Below, in pieces: positions 6,336 to 12,588 of a stretch of DNA of 12,588 nucleotides. This DNA is from a virus (lineage: Duplodnaviria > Heunggongvirae > Uroviricota > Caudoviricetes). The DNA lies in the IMG/VR virus record IMGVR_UViG_2713896773_000018, positions 1 to 12,588 of that record; one strand, written 5' to 3'. Each line of letters begins with the position of its first letter. Within the stretch, counting starts at the first letter, position 1. Both the position numbers and the translations under genes were made by a program. Under the pieces are notes generated by a model. It saw only the letters and a list, made by a program, of their open reading frames with translations, was not told the origin of the DNA and did not search any database.

Positions 6336-7004
6336 ATGATTCGTCTTAACAACGAAATTAAAAATCAGCTATGCCATAACCTGCTTCTCGCATCCCCATT
6401 GTTTGAGAAAGCGAAAGCTGCGGTTAATGAGAGGGCGAAAATTGTTGAAGAAATTCGACAGGCATTGCTCAAGCAGGAAAACACTAGCGATGAGCAAATA
6501 ACTAAGGCTCGGGAAGATTTCAAAGATAACTCCTTCATCAAGATGCAGGTCGGCGCTAAAACTGCAACTTTAAAGGTCATTATTAATGGTGAGTATCACG
6601 AATTAGCCAGGAACGGTTTGGATCATCGCTATCGCCACCGTGGAAAACATATTGGTAAGCACGATCTTGAAAGCGACCTGTTCTTCGGAGCTTCCTTCGC
6701 GCCTGTAATTGATTCGGGTTTCGTTCCTGAAAGTTACAGCACGCTGAAGAAAGTTGGAAAATTACACGACCGACTCACTGAATCGACGGTAACCATCAAC
6801 GTTCTTTACGATGAAGTTGATGCCTTCCAATTGCAGGTTAAAGGTGCTCTAACCAAAGTCTCAACTGTTAAAAAACTGGCTGAGATGTGGCCTGAGGCAG
6901 TGCCATATTTGCCTGAGGTGGAACGCCGTGAAGCGACCAGCACCGCACTTGCCATTCCCGTTGAAACGCTAAACGCCCTTTGCGGCATACCAAAGAATGA
7001 ATGA
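6336..7004 (+). CDS. hypothetical protein (222 aa), AT-rich accessory gene in the ral/sieB-equivalent position
   Basis: RBS GAGGG. A long ORF with no internal stops in AT-rich DNA, followed by a strong terminator. No family recognised. Confidence 0.8.
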   Translation: MIRLNNEIKNQLCHNLLLASPLFEKAKAAVNERAKIVEEIRQALLKQENTSDEQITKAREDFKDNSFIKMQVGAKTATLKVIINGEYHELARNGLDHRYRHRGKHIGKHDLESDLFFGASFAPVIDSGFVPESYSTLKKVGKLHDRLTESTVTINVLYDEVDAFQLQVKGALTKVSTVKKLAEMWPEAVPYLPEVERREATSTALAIPVETLNALCGIPKNE

Positions 7005-7026
7005 CCCGCTCCGGCGGGTTTTTTAT
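7005..7026 (+). terminator. rho-independent terminator
   Basis: CCCGC-TCCG-GCGGG stem-loop followed by TTTTTTAT, immediately after the TGA at 7002-7004. Confidence 0.8.
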
Positions 7027-7165
7027 CGGCCATACATAGGCAGATTTTCGAGTCTGCCCATTTATGACAACCGGCGGCCATCCACCGCCCATTGAAACAC
7101 TGAATAAATGCGTTGAAGTCTTGTATTAACCGTTCGGCGGCGCGGCCTTAAGCGCGGAGATGATT

Positions 7166-7675
7166 ATGACTCTTATCGAATTGACCAAAAAGAAAATGGC
7201 AATTGAAGCCGAACTGGCTCAGTTGAAGGCGAAGTTTGTTGATGACACCTCACGCATCGGTAAAGAGCTGATTGCCGTGTCTGAAGGTATCAACCAGGCC
7301 AATAAAGGCCTAACGGTTGAGATGGTTAGGCATGGCATGACGATCATTAACTTCGGTGACCCGAAACAAAGCATGGAGCGGCGCGGGTGTGTTGAAGACG
7401 CGATTAACGACATTGCGTCGGGGTTCAACCGTCTGAGCGAGCGTTATTTTGGCACAAAAAACTACGCCCACTGGAGCGATCAGCGTGAAGACCATCGCTA
7501 TGGATATGGCCCTAAACACGGCTCTATCTGCTTCAAGATCGGTTTAACTGGCACCGCACTTAATAAGCTGGCAAGCGGCGGGTTGAGTGATTACGACGCT
7601 GAATGCGCTATCTACTGCCTGATGAACATTGACGCCATCAATGCGGCAAACGACAAAGCCCGGGAGGCATCATGA
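7166..7675 (+). CDS. hypothetical phage protein (169 aa)
   Basis: GGAG at 7156-7159 favours the ATG at 7166 over the one at 7160. The stop overlaps the next ORF's start (ATGA). Confidence 0.7.
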   Translation: MTLIELTKKKMAIEAELAQLKAKFVDDTSRIGKELIAVSEGINQANKGLTVEMVRHGMTIINFGDPKQSMERRGCVEDAINDIASGFNRLSERYFGTKNYAHWSDQREDHRYGYGPKHGSICFKIGLTGTALNKLASGGLSDYDAECAIYCLMNIDAINAANDKAREAS

Positions 7676-7830
7676 CAGTCACCCATAACGGAAAGAAGTA
7701 CACCGCCAAAAAGCTCAACGATAACGAGTGGCAGCTGACGTCCGTATCGGCACCGCGTGAAAAGCTGACGCTTAACCGCTGGCATATGAAGCTGGCTGGC
7801 CTCCTGGAACAGGTTGAGGTGAAGGTATGA
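7672..7830 (+). CDS. small hypothetical protein (52 aa; MTVTHNGKKYTAKKLNDNEWQLTSVSAPREKLTLNRWHMKLAGLLEQVEVKV), not in the supplied ORF track
   Basis: Strong RBS GGGAGG 5 nt upstream of the ATG at 7672. ATGA overlaps with both the upstream and downstream genes suggest translational coupling. Confidence 0.55.
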   Translation: MTVTHNGKKYTAKKLNDNEWQLTSVSAPREKLTLNRWHMKLAGLLEQVEVKV

Positions 7831-8333
7831 TGCGAAAGCACAAGTTGCCAAGTGCTGAGGAGATAGATTCCTTGCTGGATTACAACCCTGAAACCGGAGT
7901 ATTTACGTGGAAAGTGACGAAATCAGGATGGGTTGTAAAGGGGCGGCCTGCTGGTTCAAAAAACAATAATGGCTATCTCCGAGTTGGTATTGGAAGAAGG
8001 CACTACTTCCTTTCTCGAATCGCATTTTTCTTATGCACCGGGGAATCACCTGAAGAAGTAGACCATATCAATGGTGACAGAACAGATAACAGGGCGTGCA
8101 ACTTAAGAGCCGCAAGCCGTCATGAAAACTGCCTCAATAAGTCGGTAAGAAGCGACAGCAGGACTGGTGTAAAGGGCGTCTCATGGCGACCGGATGTTAA
8201 AAAATGGTCTGCACGATCAACTGATTCATCGGGGAAGAGAGTGTTTTTAGGTTACTACCGCACCATCAGAGATGCGGTGGCTGTCCTTAATGATTTTCGG
8301 AGAGAACAGCATGGTGAGTTTGCAAAAAATTAG
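7827..8333 (+). CDS. HNH homing endonuclease with C-terminal AP2-type DNA-binding domain (168 aa)
   Basis: HNH motif EEVDHINGDRTDNRACNLRAASRHENCLN. AP2-like segment GVKGVSWRPDVKKWSARST...KRVFLGYY. RBS GAGGTGAAGG. Confidence 0.85.
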   Translation: MMRKHKLPSAEEIDSLLDYNPETGVFTWKVTKSGWVVKGRPAGSKNNNGYLRVGIGRRHYFLSRIAFFLCTGESPEEVDHINGDRTDNRACNLRAASRHENCLNKSVRSDSRTGVKGVSWRPDVKKWSARSTDSSGKRVFLGYYRTIRDAVAVLNDFRREQHGEFAKN

Positions 8334-8544
8334 CAGCAACTTGCACTACGGCACCACCCCGCTCATTCGCCAGTGCGTCACGCCAGGCATGATGGCATTG
8401 CATGAAGGCCGCACCTATCGCGTCTCAGCAGTCATTCAGGAGCGCAAATGGGTGTACCTGCACACCGATGCAGAAATTATCCGCCTCAGTGACTGCGTGA
8501 TTGACGTCCTTCTGGACGGTCACGGAAACCCTATCCAGCACTAA
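8311..8544 (+). CDS. hypothetical protein (77 aa), start overlapping the 3' end of the HNH gene by 23 nt
   Basis: RBS GGAGAG with a 6-nt spacer before the ATG at 8311; the ORF-track start at 8272 has no RBS. Confidence 0.5.
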   Translation: MVSLQKISSNLHYGTTPLIRQCVTPGMMALHEGRTYRVSAVIQERKWVYLHTDAEIIRLSDCVIDVLLDGHGNPIQH

Positions 8545-8613
8545 CCACCCTATTCATCCGATCGGCCTGGCTTCTGCGGGCGGGATCTGCACATCCAAAT
8601 TTCAGGAGAAACC

Positions 8614-9582
8614 ATGAGCGAAGTAACGGACTTAACTGTCATCGAAATCAAGCCGGAACAGGCCCCAGTGCTTTACGTAGCGGGCGGCCTTGACGCGTAC
8701 CTTGAGCAAATCCGCCAGGCTGTAAACGAAGTGCCGGACCTGTCCACGAAGAAAGGCCGTGACCGTGTCGCCTCTCTGGCGGCGCAGGTATCCCGCAGCA
8801 AGACAGCAATCGAAAAGCCGGGCCGTGAATACCTTAAGCGCCTGAAAGAGGCTGTGCGTCCGGCTGAGGCCGAAATTAAGCGTTTCGTTGATGCTTGCGA
8901 CGAGCTACGTGATGCCACCCGCCGCCCACTCACCGAATGGGAAGCCGAGCAGGAGCGCATCAAGGCTGAAGAAGCCATGAATGCGCTGCACGCCGAAGCG
9001 CTGGAGATGAACGAAGAGTTTGACCGCCAGCGCGCCGCTCAAATCGAAGCGGACCACGAAATGGCTCTGCTGATGAATGAGAAGTTTGACCGTGACCGCG
9101 AAGAGCAGCGCCGCCTGGCAGAACAGGCTCAGCGCGAACGTGACGAACGACTGAAGCAGGACGCGGCAGAACAAGCCCGCCGCGATGCCGAAGCGATGCA
9201 CAAAGCAGAGATTGAAGCCGCAGCGCGCCGTGAAGCTGAAGAGAAAGCACGTGCAGAGCTGGCTGAACGCCAGCGCGTCGAAGCGGAACAGCGTGCAGCT
9301 CGCGAGAAGCAGGAAGCAATCGCAGAAGAAAAACGCAAAGCGCAGGAAGAAGCAGATCGCATCAAGCGCGAAGCTGAAGCGAAAGAGAAAGCCCGTCTGG
9401 CCGAAGAGCAGCGCAAAGTTGAAGAAGAAGCGCGCCGCGCCGCAGACAAAGAGCACCGCCGCACCGTCAACCGTCGCGTCATCGCCGACCTTATAGCTCA
9501 GGGCATCCCCGAAGAATTCGCGCAGAAAGCACTGCTGGCGATCGCTGGCGGCAAAGTGCAGGACGCGCACATCAAATATTGA
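8614..9582 (+). CDS. hypothetical protein (322 aa) with a long Ala/Glu/Arg/Lys-rich low-complexity central region
   Basis: RBS AGGAG. Globular-looking N-terminus of about 100 aa, then about 180 aa of ERKA-rich repeats (e.g. AEEKRKAQEEADRIKREAEAKEKARLAEEQRKVEEEARRA), then a short C-terminal tail. Located immediately upstream of gam. Confidence 0.75.
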   Translation: MSEVTDLTVIEIKPEQAPVLYVAGGLDAYLEQIRQAVNEVPDLSTKKGRDRVASLAAQVSRSKTAIEKPGREYLKRLKEAVRPAEAEIKRFVDACDELRDATRRPLTEWEAEQERIKAEEAMNALHAEALEMNEEFDRQRAAQIEADHEMALLMNEKFDRDREEQRRLAEQAQRERDERLKQDAAEQARRDAEAMHKAEIEAAARREAEEKARAELAERQRVEAEQRAAREKQEAIAEEKRKAQEEADRIKREAEAKEKARLAEEQRKVEEEARRAADKEHRRTVNRRVIADLIAQGIPEEFAQKALLAIAGGKVQDAHIKY

Positions 9583-9589
9583 GGCAACC

Positions 9590-9871
9590 ATGAACGCATA
9601 CCTCACTTACGACCGAATCGAAGATCGGCGCTGGGTTGAGCAGCAGCTCACCGACGAGAAGGAGAAGTGGATCGACAACCGGGCGAAAGAACTGATCGCC
9701 ATGTTCCCGAAATATGCTCTGCAAATGAGTAGCCTGTTTCTCCCAAAAGAAGCGCAAATGGCACTAGTCGGTGAAAAGGCAGAGGAAGCCTATAACGACT
9801 ATGTCACACGCATCTGTTACGACCGCGCCGAAGAAGAGTGGGATCGCCTTCATCCAACCTGCCCATTTTAA
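9590..9871 (+). CDS. gam: Gam-like host-nuclease (RecBCD) inhibitor, 93 aa
   Basis: N-terminus MNAYLTYDRIEDRRW... resembles the short form of lambda Gam (MNAYYIQDRLEAQSW...) from memory. Position directly upstream of the annealing-protein and exo genes. RBS GAGG. Confidence 0.55.
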   Translation: MNAYLTYDRIEDRRWVEQQLTDEKEKWIDNRAKELIAMFPKYALQMSSLFLPKEAQMALVGEKAEEAYNDYVTRICYDRAEEEWDRLHPTCPF

Positions 9872-9880
9872 GGAGGGGCT

Positions 9881-10798
9881 ATGAGCTTAACCCTTGTTGA
9901 TTTCGTCAAACAACAGGAGCCGCTTTTCATTAAGGCGGCCACAGACGAGCGGATGGTGTGGGCGAAGGAAAGCCAGTTCGCCATCCAGCTATTTCAGAAC
10001 AATGACTACCTCGCGAAAGTCGCATTCCAGAACCAGACCAGCACGCAGAACGCAATAATCAACGTTGCGGCTATCGGTATTTCGCTAAACCCAGCTCAGA
10101 AGCTGGCTTACCTGGTTCCGCGTAAAGGGGCAGTTTGCCTCGACATCAGTTACATGGGCCTGATGCACATTGCGCAGCAGTCTGGCGCCATTAAATGGTG
10201 TCAGTCGGCAATTGTTCGCAGAAACGACCAGTTCCGCCGCGAAGGGCTCGATAAGCCGCCGGTCCATATCTACAACGACTTCGATACCGAAGAGCAGCGC
10301 GGGGACATCGTAGGGGCATATGTAACGGTAAAAACTGACGATGGTGATTACCTCACCCATACGATGCGCATCGATGCCATTTACTCCATCCGTGACCGGT
10401 CTGAAGCATGGAAGAAGTACAAATCTGACAACAGTAAAAAGTGTCCATGGGTCACTGACGAAGAACAGATGATCCTCAAAACAGTCGTGAAGCAGGCAGC
10501 AAAATACTGGCCTCGCCGTGAGCGCCTGGACGCCGCCATAGACCACGTTAACACCGAGGGCGAAGAAGGTATCAACTTTACAGCAGAGCGTCAGCCTGAG
10601 CGCGATATAACGCCGCTTAGCGAAACCACGCAGAAAGAGATAAACGACCTGCTTGTCTCTTTGGATAAGACATGGGATGACGATCTTCTCCCTCTCTGCT
10701 CACGCATTTTCAAACGCCCTATCACGCAGCCAGCAGACCTGACAGAGCTTGAAGGTGTTAAAGCTCTCGGGTTCCTCAGACAAAAGGCGGCAGCATGA
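9881..10798 (+). CDS. single-strand annealing protein: RecT-like core with a Red-beta (Bet)-like C-terminal tail, 305 aa
   Basis: Perfect RBS AGGAGG. The C-terminal ~70 aa ([13 protein letters not shown]...[16 protein letters not shown]...[12 protein letters not shown]) closely match the lambda Bet C-terminus as I recall it. The N-terminal ~230 aa look RecT-like rather than Bet-like. Stop overlaps the exo start (ATGA). Confidence 0.8.
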   Translation: MSLTLVDFVKQQEPLFIKAATDERMVWAKESQFAIQLFQNNDYLAKVAFQNQTSTQNAIINVAAIGISLNPAQKLAYLVPRKGAVCLDISYMGLMHIAQQSGAIKWCQSAIVRRNDQFRREGLDKPPVHIYNDFDTEEQRGDIVGAYVTVKTDDGDYLTHTMRIDAIYSIRDRSEAWKKYKSDNSKKCPWVTDEEQMILKTVVKQAAKYWPRRERLDAAIDHVNTEGEEGINFTAERQPERDITPLSETTQKEINDLLVSLDKTWDDDLLPLCSRIFKRPITQPADLTELEGVKALGFLRQKAAA

Positions 10799-11475
10799 CA
10801 CCAGAAATTATCCTGGCCCGGACCGGCATTGACGTAACCACTATCCAGCAGGGCGACGAGGCGTGGCACCGGCTGCGCCTCGGCGTTATCACCGCATCTG
10901 AAGTTCACAACGTCATTTCCAAGCCCAGATCTGGGAAGAAGTGGACAGACATGAAAATTTCCTACTTCCACACCCTACTCGCCGAGGTATGCACCGGCGT
11001 AGCGCCAGAGGTTAACGCCAAGGCGCTGGCCTGGGGGAAGCAGTATGAAGAAGACGCCCGCACCCTCTTCGAGTTCACCACCGACGTGAAAGTCACGGAG
11101 TCTCCGATCTTGTTCCGTGACGAGAGCATGCGCACCGCGTGCTCACCTGACGGCCTTTGCAGTAACGGATTCGGCCTCGAATTGAAATGCCCGTTCACCT
11201 CCCGCGACTTCATGAAATTCCGCCTTGGCGGTTTCGAAGCCATCAAGTCTGCCTACATGGCCCAGGTGCAGTTCAGCATGTGGGTGACCGGGAAAGACGC
11301 CTGGTTCTTTGCCAACTACGACCCGCGCATGAAGCGCGAAGGTATTCACCACGTCGTCGTTGAGCGGGATCCACAGTACATGACCAATTTCAACGAAATG
11401 GTGCCGGAGTTCATCGAGAAGATGGACGAGGCGCTGGCGGAGATCGGCTTCAGGTTCGGGGAGCAGTGGAAATGA
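10795..11475 (+). CDS. exo: lambda-type 5'-3' exonuclease (Red-alpha / YqaJ family), 226 aa
   Basis: Near-collinear, high-identity match to lambda Exo from memory ([14 protein letters not shown]...[24 protein letters not shown]...[31 protein letters not shown]...[10 protein letters not shown]). Confidence 0.93.
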   Translation: MTPEIILARTGIDVTTIQQGDEAWHRLRLGVITASEVHNVISKPRSGKKWTDMKISYFHTLLAEVCTGVAPEVNAKALAWGKQYEEDARTLFEFTTDVKVTESPILFRDESMRTACSPDGLCSNGFGLELKCPFTSRDFMKFRLGGFEAIKSAYMAQVQFSMWVTGKDAWFFANYDPRMKREGIHHVVVERDPQYMTNFNEMVPEFIEKMDEALAEIGFRFGEQWK

Positions 11476-11518
11476 AACGCACACCATTTTACCGCAGGCC
11501 CGGGCGAACCGGGCAATC

Positions 11519-12097
11519 ATGAAACGCCTGGACGATGTTTGCGGCAAAGCAGGATGGCGCAATGAATACCGCGATATTCCCAACAACGGCGGAGTTGAAT
11601 GCGGCATATCAATCAAGATTGATTCCGAATGGGTAACCAAATGGGATGCTGCTGAAAACACGCAGGTAGAAGCCGTCAAAGGTGGTCGTTCAGGTGCAAT
11701 GAAGCGTGCTGCCGTTCAGTGGGGAATAGGTCGGTATCTGTATAACCTTGAGGAAGGTTTCGCACAAACATCTCTCGATAAAAAGCAGGGATGGCACAGG
11801 GCAAAACTCAAGGGTGGAACAGGATTTTACTGGCTCCCTCCATCGCTGCCGGGATGGGCAATCCCAGCATCAGATAACAAACCATCACCAGAAAATACCA
11901 ACCATAAATCTCCATCGGTTGACTGCGAGCAAATCCTGAAAGACTTCAGCGATTATGCGTCAACAGAAACTGATAAGAAAAAACTCATCGAGCGTTATCA
12001 GCGTGACTGGCAATTAATGGCTGGCAACGAGGAGGCGCAGGCTAAATGCGTTCAGGTAATGAACATCAGAGTTAACGAACTAAAACAGGCGGCATAA
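11519..12097 (+). CDS. Erf/Rad52-superfamily-like protein, apparently N-terminally shortened (192 aa)
   Basis: C-terminal ~55 aa (EQILKDFSDYASTETDKKKLIERYQRDWQLMAGNEEAQAKCVQVMNIRVNELKQAA) closely match the P22 Erf C-terminus as I recall it. Rad52-like motif AMKRAAVQWGIGRYLY at residues ~60-75 leaves too little upstream sequence for a complete annealing domain. Weak RBS. Confidence 0.55.
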   Translation: MKRLDDVCGKAGWRNEYRDIPNNGGVECGISIKIDSEWVTKWDAAENTQVEAVKGGRSGAMKRAAVQWGIGRYLYNLEEGFAQTSLDKKQGWHRAKLKGGTGFYWLPPSLPGWAIPASDNKPSPENTNHKSPSVDCEQILKDFSDYASTETDKKKLIERYQRDWQLMAGNEEAQAKCVQVMNIRVNELKQAA

Positions 12098-12319
12098 ATG
12101 GCAAGCAGAGGCGTAAATAAGGTGATCATTATTGGTCGCCTTGGGCATGATCCAGAAATCAGAGATTCATTCAACAAGGTTGCAAAGCGCGTTCCGGCAT
12201 TCAAAGGAATCCTCAACGAATGGGATTCACTCGTTGCTCTGTTGAAGTCTGAAATGAAGATACACGGAAACAAAGCACCAGAGACTTACAGAAGAATCAG
12301 CGAGCTACGCAAGGACTAA
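12098..12319 (+). CDS. 73-aa ORF whose first 22 codons are an ssb 5' remnant (MASRGVNKVIIIGRLGHDPEIR) fused to unrelated sequence
   Basis: The first ~66 nt resemble the start of E. coli ssb at protein and DNA level, from memory. After codon 22 no frame continues SSB-like sequence, so this is a recombination junction rather than a frameshift. Whether the product is functional is unknown. Confidence 0.45.
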   Translation: MASRGVNKVIIIGRLGHDPEIRDSFNKVAKRVPAFKGILNEWDSLVALLKSEMKIHGNKAPETYRRISELRKD

Positions 12320-12320
12320 C

Positions 12321-12381
12321 GCCTCACACTCGATGAGGCCTGTACATATCTGATAGAGCCGCTATATGGCGGTTTATTTTT
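12321..12381 (+). terminator. two hairpins after the ssb-remnant ORF; the second (12358-12381) is terminator-like with a T-tract
   Basis: Perfect 6-bp inverted repeat GCCTCA-N7-TGAGGC at 12321-12339. Then CCGC-TATATG-GCGG followed by TTTATTTTT. Confidence 0.45.
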
Positions 12382-12396
12382 GCCTGGAGAATTAAG

Positions 12397-12588
12397 ATGA
12401 CCGATACCAGCCTGATTCCTGAGAAAGAAGTGATGAACAAGCTCGGTGTTTCATCACGTCAGACAATCTGGAACTATACCAAACGGCACGGATTTCCGAA
12501 GCCAGTCAGAACCCACCCCAAATCATACCTTCGTGAAGCTGTTGAAGGGTGGATTCTTAACGGTGGCGTTAATCAGAAATGCTCCTGA
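12397..12588 (+). CDS. xis: excisionase / AlpA-family small HTH protein (63 aa)
   Basis: RBS GGAGAA. Motif EKEVMNKLGVSSRQTIWNYTKRHGFPKPV is typical of the AlpA/Xis family. Sits at the distal end of the early-left operon where xis-int lie in lambdoid phages. The stop is at the last three bases of the window. Confidence 0.75.
   Translation: MTDTSLIPEKEVMNKLGVSSRQTIWNYTKRHGFPKPVRTHPKSYLREAVEGWILNGGVNQKCS

Noticed and set aside
6097-6336. Minus-strand ORF 6097-6336
   Set aside because: Antisense to the zinc-ribbon gene, which has a strong RBS; no support.
7038-7057. Inverted repeat GGCAGA-N8-TCTGCC just downstream of the 7005-7026 terminator
   Set aside because: Possibly a second hairpin or a protein-binding site, but it has no T-tract and no recurrence elsewhere in the window, so it is too weak to call.
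6365-7092. Minus-strand ORFs 6365-6580, 6806-7081 and 6868-7092
   Set aside because: Antisense to the 222-aa gene or spanning its terminator; no RBS.
7219-7851. Minus-strand ORFs 7219-7428, 7310-7519, 7612-7851 and 7638-7841
   Set aside because: Antisense to a coupled plus-strand gene series with good ribosome-binding sites.
8673-9606. ORFs 8673-8978, 8905-9606, 8960-9319, 9129-9482 (minus) and 9185-9496 (plus)
   Set aside because: All fall within the repetitive GC-rich region encoding the ERKA-rich part of the 322-aa protein. Low-complexity repeats keep every frame open and their translations are Ala/Arg/Ser runs.
10085-11679. Minus-strand ORFs 10085-10546, 10381-10575, 10591-10971, 10962-11246 and 11143-11679
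   Set aside because: Antisense to the RecT/Bet and Exo genes, which have near-unambiguous protein matches.
11748-12273. ORFs 11748-11939 (plus) and 12052-12273 (minus)
   Set aside because: Out of frame with or antisense to the Erf-like and ssb-remnant ORFs; no RBS.
1-12588. tRNA genes, attachment site, CRISPR array or integrase
   Set aside because: No cloverleaf-like or repeat-spacer structure was seen. The integrase and att are expected beyond the right end of the window, downstream of the excisionase gene.

Overview
This window is the early-control core of a lambda-like (lambdoid) prophage from an enterobacterial host, in inverted orientation relative to the usual lambda map. Coordinates 1-3411 (minus strand) carry the early-right operon: cro-like, a YdaT/CII-position protein, O (with ori iterons inside the gene), P, a Ren-like gene and one further hypothetical gene. 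The divergent immunity region follows: three 17-bp operators between cro and a CI-like HTH/S24 repressor (3529-4248), then an AT-rich 288-aa gene in the rex position (4295-5161) with a terminator, a convergent 69-aa gene, and an OL/PL-like operator-promoter cluster (5458-5542). The early-left operon (plus strand) runs from a boxA-like leader through several small or unknown genes, an HNH-AP2 homing endonuclease, a Gam-like protein, a RecT/Red-beta-type annealing protein, a lambda-type exonuclease, an Erf-like fragment, an ssb 5' remnant, and an excisionase at the window end (integrase and att lie beyond it). No tRNA, rRNA or CRISPR array was seen. The best candidates for undescribed biology are the two AT-rich accessory loci flanking the immunity region (4295-5401 and 6114-7004); the recombination module is also visibly mosaic. 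All homology statements rest on recognising sequences from memory and reading motifs by eye; no database search was run.
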